Source: Algoriphagus sp. (lineage in GTDB: Bacteria > Bacteroidota > Bacteroidia > Cytophagales > Cyclobacteriaceae). From it: a DNA stretch of 32,619 nt. Within the stretch, counting starts at the first letter, position 1, and the number at the start of each line of letters is the position of its first letter. The notes under the pieces were generated by a model. That model ran no database searches. It saw only the letters and a list, made by a program, of their open reading frames with translations, and was not told the origin of the DNA. Below, in pieces: positions 24,071 through 32,619 of the stretch. A program made the translations under genes and the position numbers. The stretch lies in contig DATIAI010000185.1 of assembly GCA_035458065.1 (NCBI GenBank), positions 1-32,619 of the forward strand. Reading direction: 5' to 3'.

Positions 24071-27000
24071 TTAAAGGGTAATTTGAAGACCAAACAAGAA
24101 TGTAGTTGGCTTTGGATACCCGTGCCAGATCATACCTTGAGAAAAGACATTGCTGCCATCTCCACCCCGGATAGGTGTCTGTTCAGGATCTCCGACTACA
24201 TCATCCCCTACTACCAAGAAGAAATTCTGAACTGTGGTATACGCTCTTAATCTGGACAGTTTGATTCTGTTGGCTATTTCGGAAGGGAAAGTATAACCCA
24301 AAAGAAGATTTCGGCCTCTTAGGAATGAACCATCTTTTACCCAGTGCGAATCCACGTTTGTCACATACCCTGCTCTGGTATCCCGGATTTCAGCAATTGG
24401 AGAGTTTTGATTGTCCGGAGTCCAAGCAGTCAAAACTGACTTATAGCTATTTGCCAAGGCCTGACGGTCTTCACTTGGGTGAAGTGTCATGTCCAAAATA
24501 TCGTTTCCGACAGAGTAGGCAAGATCAATACTCATATCCCAGTTTTTGAATTTGAAGTTGTTAATGAATGAACCCCAGAAATCAGGTGTACCATTTCCGA
24601 TAATCATCCTGTCCGAATCATTGATTGCCTTGTCGCCATTCACATCCAGGTATTTGATATCTCCAGGAAGCATGGTCAAGCCGTTTCTATAACTCACAAA
24701 TTCAGCTGCCTCAGCTCTTTCAGCCTCGCTCCAGGTACCTTCTCTTACCAGTCCCCAGAATGAACCAACTGGTTCGCCGACTCTGATAATATTGGTTTGG
24801 TTAGTGAAGTTGGGTCCGCCGACACCGAATATGTCAGCAGGAGTTGCGAGGGAAAGCACTTTGTTTCTGTTGGCCGAAACCATCAAATTGGTATTCCAAG
24901 TGAAGTTGTCGGTCTCTACGTTCACCGTGTTCAGGTTGAATTCAATCCCTTTATTCTCCATAGAACCCACATTGCTTCGGATCACAGAATAGCCGCTTGA
25001 GCGGGGAACAGGAGCATCCAACAGCATGTCTGTGGTCTTTCTGTAGTACACGTCAAATTCCATTGCGATTCTGTTTTGGAACAGACCCAATTCAATTCCT
25101 ACGTCAAACTGTGCTGTTTTTTCCCATTTCAAATCCGGGTTTGAAAGTCTGTTGAGCCCTGTACCCCCTACGCGGGTTTCATTGTAAATCGCAGCGTAGT
25201 TTGAGCTAAGCAGGGACAAGGAAGAATATGGAGGAATCTCAGAGTTACCGGTCAATCCGTAGCTGGATCTCAATTTCAGATTGGAAATTGTAGCGCTGGA
25301 GCTCAAGAAGTTTTCTTCAGAAACCTTCCATGCTACTGCAGCTGATGGGAAGAAGGCGTACTTGTTGTTTTCACCGAATTTGGATGATCCGTCAGCTCTT
25401 CCTGTGAAAGTAAACAGGTATTTTTCATCCAGGATGTAATTCACACGGGCGAAATAGGAGCTCATCGCAAAGCTAGAAGCACTGGAACCTACAGCAGGAA
25501 GCTGGCTTCCTGCACCAAGATTATTAAAAGTAAAATAATCTGTAGAGAAGTTCTGAACACTGGCATTCATGGAGGTGAAAGCTGTTTCCTGCCAAGAAAT
25601 ACCCAACATCGCAGTCAAAGCATGACGGTCAGCAAACACTTTGCTGTAAGTCAGGTAATTTTCCAAAGACCAAAAAGTCTCTTTTTGCATCCCTTTGGAG
25701 GCAGTACCATTTTGGGAAATAGCCAAGGTTCTGGTTTGGGATTGGTCTCTTTCTTGGGTCATCACGTTAGCCCCGAGAACAGTCCTCATTTCCAATCCTT
25801 CGGTAAATTTGATATTGGTATAAACACTGCCAATGGTAGTCTGGGTATTCAGGATGTACTTCGTACCATACAATCGGTGCATGGAACTCATGGTACCTTC
25901 TGCGTAGGGATAATCTCTGTTGTTTGCGAAAGTACCGTCTTCATATTTTACAGGAAGGAAAGGAAAATCTTCTACAATCTGTCTTGCTACGGCATCTCCG
26001 GTATCGACCAGGTTTTCTGACTGATTGTTGTAATTCAAAGTACCTCCGATTTTCAGCCATTTTTTCACCTGATCATCGACAGTGAACCTACCTGAGTATC
26101 GCTTCATATATGAAGTTTTGATCAGACCCTGATCGTCTCTGTAACCAAGGGATAGAGAATAGGTAGTACGCTCGTTACCGCCCTGGAAGCCCAACTGATG
26201 GTTTTGTGAAAGGGAATTCTGGGTTGTTTCCTCCAACCAATCTGTATCATACAGTGGATTCTGATTTGCATCAAAGATTCTAGGATCAGTCCTTCTCAAA
26301 GTTGGGTTGAGGTATGCCCACTTGCCTGCAGCCCATCCCACGGGATCATATTTGGCCATGTTGGCCCATGCCAGATCTTCTGTAGCCAGATACTCTTTAG
26401 CATTAAGGACTTCAGGTCTGTTTGGTCCGATCACAGGGACACTCACGTCCACGTTGTAGGTCACGGTACCTTCGCCTGATTTGCCTTTTTTCGTGGTAAT
26501 CAAAATTACCCCATTTGCTCCTCTTGAACCATAAATTGCGGTAGAAGAAGCATCTTTCAATACTTCCACAGAGACAATATCATTGGGGTTGATGTAATCA
26601 ATCGCGTTACTTGCCTGCTGCTGATTTCCCATCGGCAACTGGACTCCATCTACTACATACAAGGGGTTATTTGAGGAATTGATCGAGCTGAAACCCCGGA
26701 TCCTAACGGTGGTTCTACCTCCCGGACGGCCTGAATTGGTATTGACCTGAACGCCTGAGATTCTGCCGGAAAGTGCCTGATTCAGGGAAGGAGACGGTCT
26801 TTCTGCCAATGACTCAGCACCCACTTGGCCAACTGAACCTGTCAAATCTGATTTTTTGACGGTACCGTAACCAATTACAAGTACTTCATCCAATGAGGTG
26901 GAGTCAACCTGAAGTGAAACATTGATCACAGATTGTTGTCCAACCACCACTTTGGTCGCAGTGTATCCGATATAGGAAAAAAGCAAAGTGGCATTATCCG

Positions 27001-27532
27001 GAACTGTCAGGGTAAAATTACCGTCGATGTCAGTTACAGTACCCATTGTGGTCCCTTCTACTAATACGGTAGCTCCAGGAAGTGCTTCGCCATTTTCATC
27101 AGTGACTTTACCTGAAACATTTTTCTCCATGGCAGAAATTGTTACCATTTCAACACTGGAGTTTGGGTTGTCGGATTTCTTGACATTTATATTTTGGTTG
27201 ACCTGCTTAAACTCCAATTGAGTTTGTTTAGAGATCGATACCAAAACATCATATAAACTTTGTTCTTCTCCACTTAAAGAAATACTGCCTAGATCCCGGA
27301 TTTCTTTATTGGTATAAACAAATTTGAAATTTGTCGCTTTTTCTATTTCAGAAAAGACATTCAACAATGTGTTTTCTTCTGAATTTAACTTGACTTTTAC
27401 CTCGTCTATCGCCTTGACTTGTGATAATCCATCTCTGGAATAGAGCACAGTCACGGTAAGAAACTGAATCAAAAACGCATAGGTAAAAAGCTTAGTCATT
27501 CTAATTACAACTAACAATAAACGGTTTTTCAT
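24071..27532 (-). CDS. susC: SusC/RagA TonB-dependent transporter with N-terminal STN signalling extension
   Basis: STN-like segment (IEKATNFKFVY), CarboxypepD_reg domain, plug motif VLKDASSTAIYGSRGANGVILITTK, and NPDLKWEKT. Confidence 0.96.
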   Translation of the reverse strand: MKNRLLLVVIRMTKLFTYAFLIQFLTVTVLYSRDGLSQVKAIDEVKVKLNSEENTLLNVFSEIEKATNFKFVYTNKEIRDLGSISLSGEEQSLYDVLVSISKQTQLEFKQVNQNINVKKSDNPNSSVEMVTISAMEKNVSGKVTDENGEALPGATVLVEGTTMGTVTDIDGNFTLTVPDNATLLFSYIGYTATKVVVGQQSVINVSLQVDSTSLDEVLVIGYGTVKKSDLTGSVGQVGAESLAERPSPSLNQALSGRISGVQVNTNSGRPGGRTTVRIRGFSSINSSNNPLYVVDGVQLPMGNQQQASNAIDYINPNDIVSVEVLKDASSTAIYGSRGANGVILITTKKGKSGEGTVTYNVDVSVPVIGPNRPEVLNAKEYLATEDLAWANMAKYDPVGWAAGKWAYLNPTLRRTDPRIFDANQNPLYDTDWLEETTQNSLSQNHQLGFQGGNERTTYSLSLGYRDDQGLIKTSYMKRYSGRFTVDDQVKKWLKIGGTLNYNNQSENLVDTGDAVARQIVEDFPFLPVKYEDGTFANNRDYPYAEGTMSSMHRLYGTKYILNTQTTIGSVYTNIKFTEGLEMRTVLGANVMTQERDQSQTRTLAISQNGTASKGMQKETFWSLENYLTYSKVFADRHALTAMLGISWQETAFTSMNASVQNFSTDYFTFNNLGAGSQLPAVGSSASSFAMSSYFARVNYILDEKYLFTFTGRADGSSKFGENNKYAFFPSAAVAWKVSEENFLSSSATISNLKLRSSYGLTGNSEIPPYSSLSLLSSNYAAIYNETRVGGTGLNRLSNPDLKWEKTAQFDVGIELGLFQNRIAMEFDVYYRKTTDMLLDAPVPRSSGYSVIRSNVGSMENKGIEFNLNTVNVETDNFTWNTNLMVSANRNKVLSLATPADIFGVGGPNFTNQTNIIRVGEPVGSFWGLVREGTWSEAERAEAAEFVSYRNGLTMLPGDIKYLDVNGDKAINDSDRMIIGNGTPDFWGSFINNFKFKNWDMSIDLAYSVGNDILDMTLHPSEDRQALANSYKSVLTAWTPDNQNSPIAEIRDTRAGYVTNVDSHWVKDGSFLRGRNLLLGYTFPSEIANRIKLSRLRAYTTVQNFFLVVGDDVVGDPEQTPIRGGDGSNVFSQGMIWHGYPKPTTFLFGLQITL

Positions 27533-27625
27533 ATTCTTGCATGGTTTATTTTGGCTAATGCTTAATAGTTTAAATTAAACTTCCCGGGTTTACTTGATGA
27601 ACAGTGAATCCCCCCGGTAATTTTT

Positions 27626-27655
27626 AAACCGAGGGTGTTGTCGCATCTTCGGTTT
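27626..27655 (-). promoter_or_regulatory. Hairpin in the fecR-susC leader
   Basis: Minus strand AAACCGAAGATG-CGACAA-CACCCTCGGTTT; imperfect 12-bp stem. Confidence 0.5.
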
Positions 27656-27699
27656 TCTGTTTTGGTTTTTTGTTTTTTCATAGGCATATAATTTTTGGG

Positions 27700-28782
27700 T
27701 TATTTAAAAGTGATTTCGACAAGATCCTGGTTGATTTTATATTCAAATCTTGCTGTGTAACTGAGACCCTTTAATACATTTTCCAGCATTTCGTCCTCAT
27801 ATTCTCCATAGATCAAAAGGTCTGATTTAGGTGTATTTTTAAATTTAAATTTCACTCCATACCAATTTTCAAGGACTCTGATCGCCTCCACCATTTTCAC
27901 CTGTTGAAAAATTATTTTCTTATTTGTCCAGGCCAGTACTAATTCTTCATCAAATTTCTTTTTCTTAATCTCTCCTGTTTCAGGGTTGATATTTAGTGCT
28001 TCCCCTTTTTCCAGGGCCACCATACTTTCTTTGTGATCCACTGCCACTTTACCCTCCACCAATGAAACATAGGTACCTTCCCCTTGATATGAGGTTATGT
28101 TAAAAGCTGTACCCAATGCCGTGGTTTTTATACCGTTGCTAATCACTGAAAAAGGTCTAAGTGAATCTCTTGAAACTTCAAAATAGGCCTCCCCTTCCAG
28201 ATAAAGGATCCTTTGATTAGCCTCAAAGTTCTTTATATACCGAATCGAACTTCCTGAGTTAAGCATCACTTTTGATCCATCCTACAGGGTCATCGTGGAT
28301 TTCACGCCGGGAGGGGTTTTATGCTCTTCAAATACCAAAACAGGAAGGGTTTCTTTTGGACTCTCTGTTTTATAAATCAGACTAAATACCAGACTTAAGG
28401 AGAAAGCTATAATCAATATACCTGCTACTCTTAACCACTGTGAATACCAGAGATACCCTCTTTTCTGAAATTCATGCTTTTTTAAAATTGACCCGGAATT
28501 GATCGGAATGACCTCACATTCTACCTTTCCATAATCAACTTTGCCCAAATCACTATCAATTGAATTCCATAAATCCAAAAGTTCAGAATCCGCGATGCTA
28601 TGTTCCTTGGAACTTAGATTTAGCACGATTTCTCTCGCGAGCTTTACTTTCTTAATCTGATCCGGATTTGCGGCAAGAAGTCTTTCCCAATGGATATTTG
28701 AATTTTTATTTGGGGACAATACCCAAATTCTAAATTCATGATCCAGAACAAAATCTTCTACTGAAAACCTCGATATATCCAC
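27700..28782 (-). pseudogene. fecR: FecR-family anti-sigma factor interrupted by one in-frame TAG (28282-28284)
   Basis: The two track ORFs share a frame: ...KSTMTL*DGSKVMLNSGS..., matching FecR LxDGSxVxLN. Also LEGEAYFEV and ALGTAFN motifs, an N-terminal DFVLDHEFRIWV segment and a TM helix. Confidence 0.9.
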
Positions 28783-29198
28783 AAGATTGTATTTATTGAA
28801 GTAAGGCCGAAGAGCATGTTTTCTATCCTCCTTTTTTCAACTTTTTTTTATTTTTGCAGATTCTTCAACAAAACCAATCAATTATTGCATCCTTCTCAAT
28901 AAATCAACAGAAACATTTCACTCTTTTCGATTTCAAAAAAATAATATTTCATCAAAATTGGATTTACATCCTTTGGCAACATCAAAAAACAAAACAGGAT
29001 GCCGCATCCTTTTTGATCCTTAGCCCAGTCAATTCACCTTTTAAATTGCCGTGATTCTTTATTCCTTGAAAAATTTCTGAAAAATCTGAAAAAAATAACT
29101 TGGTCTATTGACCCCACTTTTACCACTTTACTCCTTTCCAAATCAATAGATTTTCTAAGGTCTAGAAGATTAAACCGGCAAAAAGTATCCTGGATTAA

Positions 29199-29807
29199 TT
29201 ACTTAAATATTGACAAAATGAGCATAGCAATCAGGATGCTTTTTTTCATTCTACTTATGGCTTTCCATGCCAAGGTATAACTGGATTCAATAGTTATTCC
29301 CAAAATTCCTGAGATATCCTCGTAAGACAATTTCTCAAAAAACAACAATTGGATGACTTCCCGCTGCCGAATCGGAAGCTTTCCCAATGCTACATCAAGC
29401 CTTACCTGAATATATTCATTTCGTTGGAGATTTATCAATTTTTCTTCGGCTGATTCTTCCAGGAAAACTGTTTCATAAACTGAAATTTCATCACTTCGAA
29501 AGATTCTTTTCTCCTTGGAAATCTCTTTTGAAATTTTATTTGAAAGAGATTTTAAGAGATAGACCTTCACATTATCGGTTTTTCTGATCTTTTCACGGTA
29601 TTTCCAAAGGTCGACAAAAAGCTCCTGGATGCAATCTTTAATAAAGCATCGGTTTGGTTTGATGGCCATTCCGTATCTAAAAAGTTCCTTCGAATACTTG
29701 GTATAAATTTTTTCCAGTCCCTCCTTTTCTCCATTCTTTAATTGGTTCCAAAGAAATCCATCGTCATAAGGGTAATCACTAAGAAAATTAGGTTTTTGGG
29801 CGGGCAT
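29199..29807 (-). CDS. ECF sigma-70 factor (PUL-associated type)
   Basis: DCIQELFVDLW in region 2; LPIRQREVIQLLFFEKLSYEDIS in region 4; lies upstream of fecR-susC-susD. Confidence 0.93.
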   Translation of the reverse strand: MPAQKPNFLSDYPYDDGFLWNQLKNGEKEGLEKIYTKYSKELFRYGMAIKPNRCFIKDCIQELFVDLWKYREKIRKTDNVKVYLLKSLSNKISKEISKEKRIFRSDEISVYETVFLEESAEEKLINLQRNEYIQVRLDVALGKLPIRQREVIQLLFFEKLSYEDISGILGITIESSYTLAWKAISRMKKSILIAMLILSIFK

Positions 29808-30652
29808 GAGAAACTTTAGGAAATTAAAAACTAAAACTTATTCATAATCAAATCTTTAACTTTCTATCAATTGATTTTAACTGAATCAGTCACTTTTGAT
29901 TTAAATTCTACCTGATTTCTCAGGAAGATCCTTAAACTGCTTAGGTCCAGAAAATTTGATTTCAAGTTGTCTTTTTTTGAAAAATCAATTATTAATCGAA
30001 CAAACAACAACCAAATATTCTACTTTCTTGGCCAACTTATTCATTATTTTTTAGAAAAGTATCGTATGATAGGAAAAATAATATATCCTTAAACTGGTCA
30101 AAAAAACTTAAAGGAAAATTCTTCCTGAGGACTTCCTTCGCTAATTCAAGATCCAAAAAACCTGTATTTGGTTTTTAAACAGAACTGAAGCTCAGCTGAA
30201 AATCCATTTTATAGCACACTTGGCTAATAACCCGGTATTGGTTTTTGGATAACTTTAGATTTCATTTATTCCAGCTGTTTTTGGATTAATCATAGCGGTT
30301 AAATGTCGCCTAAATGGGGATTCGAGTCCTTTTGACGATAGACTTCCTGTCTGGAGAATTCCAATTTTTAGCACTGTTGAACAGGAAGCATCATCAGTTC
30401 TTCCACTCATTCCTTTATTGGCCGCTTTCAAATCCCAGAGGAATTTCAAGACTTGTCAATCCTTTAATAAATTTGATGGGCCAAATACCTCTACAAATTC
30501 CTCCTTTTTCTAATTTGAGATTATTAAAACAGCTTTAAAACCAAAAAGATCAGGCAAGAAAAACTTGAAAATCGTTTCATTATCAGTTTATTTTCCAGCC
30601 TTTCATGCTTTTATTCACCTTTTCTTTGAAGATTTTTAACATAAAAAAACCT

Positions 30653-31234
30653 ATGAACAGCACAAAAAAGGGATTGCCACAAGATCAAGCGGAAAAATTA
30701 CTCCAAACATTGAAAGCCAGGTTTGAGAAAAATATGAACCGACACAAAGGCCTGGACTGGGAAGTGGTGCAATCCAAACTGGAACTCGCCCCCGAAAAAT
30801 TAAGATCTCTCAATGAAATGGAGCAGACCGGTGGTGAACCGGATGTTATTTATCCTTTCTCCAGCTTGGAGAATAGTGAAAAAGGCGAAATCATTTTTAT
30901 CGATTGCTCAGCCGAAAGCCCTGCGGGACGACGAAGTGTTTGTTTCGATCGGGAAGGCCTGGAATCAAGGAAAGAAAACCGACCAGAAGACACCGCCATG
31001 GATATGGCGAAGGAAATGGGAATTGAACTCTTGTCGGAAGATCAATACCGAGAGCTGCAAAAGTTTGGGAAATTTGATCTGAAAACATCCAGTTGGGTAC
31101 AAACTCCTGCAGAAATCCGGAAACTGGGTGGAGCTCTCTTCTGCGACTGTCGGTACGATCACGTTTTTGTGTACCACAACGGTGCCCAATCCTACTATGC
31201 CGCAAGGGCCTTTCGTGGTCTACTTCAGGTTTAA
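30653..31234 (+). CDS. DUF4256 domain protein
   Basis: LKARFEKNMNRH, MEQTGGEPDV, DCSAESPAGRRSVCFD, FDLKTSSW and YHNGAQSYYAARAFRG. ATG 30653 is preferred over 30605. Confidence 0.88.
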   Translation: MNSTKKGLPQDQAEKLLQTLKARFEKNMNRHKGLDWEVVQSKLELAPEKLRSLNEMEQTGGEPDVIYPFSSLENSEKGEIIFIDCSAESPAGRRSVCFDREGLESRKENRPEDTAMDMAKEMGIELLSEDQYRELQKFGKFDLKTSSWVQTPAEIRKLGGALFCDCRYDHVFVYHNGAQSYYAARAFRGLLQV

Positions 31235-31236
31235 TT

Positions 31237-31809
31237 CTAATTGGTTTTTTTCTCGTAGTGAAGCGCGATTACTCCACAAGTAAAAGTTTTCGATTCTATC
31301 AGTTTCAGTTTAGTCATCTCGTTTACACCTTTAAACAACGGAACACCATCGCCAAGTAATACCGGATTAACAAACAACCAATACTCGTCAATTAGACCTT
31401 GATTTAATAAAGAATGAGAAGCGGTTGGGCTTCCAAAAATCAGAATGCTTTTTCCGTCCTGATTTTTTAATTTATTGATGTTATCTGCTAGTTGGTCAGC
31501 AATAATTGTGGTATTGTCTAATCCATTTTCGTTCAATGTCTTTGATAAAACAACTTTTGAAACTTTTTTGTACCAGACCGAATGTTCCTTGTCGTGTTTT
31601 GTTGCGTTAGGTTTTTCAGCAGCTGTTGGCCAATAACTCTCCATCATTTCAAAAGTTACCCGTCCATAGAGTGCAGTGTCAGCTTTGGCCGTCATCGTAG
31701 CCACAAAGTCAAAAATCTCTTCGTTTATATTTACCCAGTTTAATTCCCCATTGGGTCCTGCCACAAAACCGTCCAGAGAAGTATGCATAAAGAATATTAA
31801 ATTTCTCAT
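31237..31809 (-). CDS. Dihydrofolate reductase / RibD C-terminal domain family protein
   Basis: SLDGFVAGP, YGRVTFEMM..YWP, IFGSPT and GLIDEYWLFVNPVLLGDG. Confidence 0.92.
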   Translation of the reverse strand: MRNLIFFMHTSLDGFVAGPNGELNWVNINEEIFDFVATMTAKADTALYGRVTFEMMESYWPTAAEKPNATKHDKEHSVWYKKVSKVVLSKTLNENGLDNTTIIADQLADNINKLKNQDGKSILIFGSPTASHSLLNQGLIDEYWLFVNPVLLGDGVPLFKGVNEMTKLKLIESKTFTCGVIALHYEKKTN

Positions 31810-31858
31810 TTAGAAAGTTGTTTAAATACTAATTCAGTTTGTTTATTATTTAATTCTG

Positions 31859-32287
31859 TTAAGTTCTTGTCTGCTCAATACCATATCGTATTGCAGCTTT
31901 AAGAATTTCAAGATTTATATCTTTTAGAGCCTTGAACTTTATGCAATAGCCTGTTACACTCGCCTTTCCAAGTTCTTTTCCAAACGTCTGAGCTAGGTAA
32001 TTTTTATCTTCAATACCGAGAATGTAAACAGAAATTCCTGTAGTGTTTGCACTGATTCCAATTTGATAAAATTCTTTGGTTCTTCCTCCTGCATATTTCA
32101 TGGTCTGAATTCCATATCCAATATTTGGATTAGAAACAGTTTTACCTTTATCATCTTTACCATCTAAATACCATAATTTACATTCTGGCATTATTTCCAA
32201 AATGACCTGGTGCAACTCTAATATATCCCCTCGTTTTGGTTCAGGAAGAGTTTCAATATACGCTTTGATTTGTTCTTGGATGGTCAT
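31859..32287 (-). CDS. DUF1801 (YdhG-like) domain protein
   Basis: YIETLPEPKR.DI..LH..I, PNIGYG, ISVYI and GYCIKFK.LKDINLEIL. Confidence 0.85.
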   Translation of the reverse strand: MTIQEQIKAYIETLPEPKRGDILELHQVILEIMPECKLWYLDGKDDKGKTVSNPNIGYGIQTMKYAGGRTKEFYQIGISANTTGISVYILGIEDKNYLAQTFGKELGKASVTGYCIKFKALKDINLEILKAAIRYGIEQTRT

Positions 32288-32362
32288 ATAAAAATACTTT
32301 TGATTAGCTCATTATATATATAGTTATACTGTAAATAACTTACTATAAATATGGCTACCCTG

Positions 32363-32619
32363 TTAGCATCCACGAGAGTAATACCATACATTAGGCATTC
32401 CATCATCGTCTACTATTTTTATCCAACCTTGTATCTCTTCAATAATATTTTCTTCTTCCGTTAAATCTGATCCGCAGGGATGTTCCTTGCTGATGATTAC
32501 ATTTACCTTCGTCCAAGGCCCTACATGTTCTTTTGTAGGTGAAATCTGGTTTATGTCACCTTTCAATGTCCGGATAATTTTTGAATAATAATTTGGTTGG
32601 TCTCTTAAATTAAGTCCTA
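32363..32619 (-). CDS. C-terminal part of a probable SH3b-like domain protein (5' end beyond the window)
   Basis: The frame of track ORF 32363..32566 stays open to the window edge: GLNLRDQPNYYSKIIRTLKGD...GPWTKV...IQGWIK, resembling bacterial SH3 (LNLR..P...S, W.KV, GWI). Confidence 0.6.
   Translation of the reverse strand, partial: GLNLRDQPNYYSKIIRTLKGDINQISPTKEHVGPWTKVNVIISKEHPCGSDLTEEENIIEEIQGWIKIVDDDGMPNVWYYSRGC

Noticed and set aside
28282-28284. Genome-wide TAG recoding or pyrrolysine as the explanation for the fecR stop
   Set aside because: TAG acts as a normal stop elsewhere (9199-9201), and no other intact gene here has an internal TAG.
28996-29010. AGGATGC-C-GCATCCT palindrome between the sigma gene and fecR
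   Set aside because: Short single occurrence; cannot be distinguished from chance or a weak terminator.
30200-30540. Possible gene or IS remnant in the long intergenic region (ORFs 30255..30449 and 30314..30538)
   Set aside because: No convincing family motif or terminal inverted repeats in the frames examined.
31237-32619. Integron-like cassette array of small genes
   Set aside because: No repeated attC-like element in the intergenic spacers and no integrase in the window.

Overview
Chromosomal window from a Bacteroidota bacterium; gene content suggests Cyclobacteriaceae/Algoriphagus-like, which is an inference. From left to right it carries: a large secreted CarboxypepD_reg + M1 aminopeptidase fusion (runs off the left edge and is absent from the ORF track) downstream of a membrane-bound AraC regulator; an atypical pyruvate kinase; a DUF4397 lipoprotein; a decayed REP-associated tyrosine transposase (RAYT) between two REP-like hairpins; and a lipoprotein/ECF sigma/beta-barrel anti-sigma-like operon. 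Next is a compact four-gene locus (9861-17946), the best candidate for an uncharacterised system. It encodes an HD-domain + Pycsar-type membrane effector, a SdiA-regulated beta-propeller lipoprotein, a metallophosphoesterase + cryptic atypical kinase + Omp85 barrel fusion, and a GAF protein whose C-terminus shows the ordered motifs of a divergent class III nucleotidyl cyclase. The rest is a GMC dehydrogenase pair, a hydrolase-free ECF/FecR/SusC/SusD/Gfo locus whose fecR has an in-frame amber stop, and small genes (DUF4256, DHFR-like, DUF1801, partial SH3-like). No rRNA, tRNA or CRISPR array was seen. All family calls come from motif recognition by eye; no searches were run.
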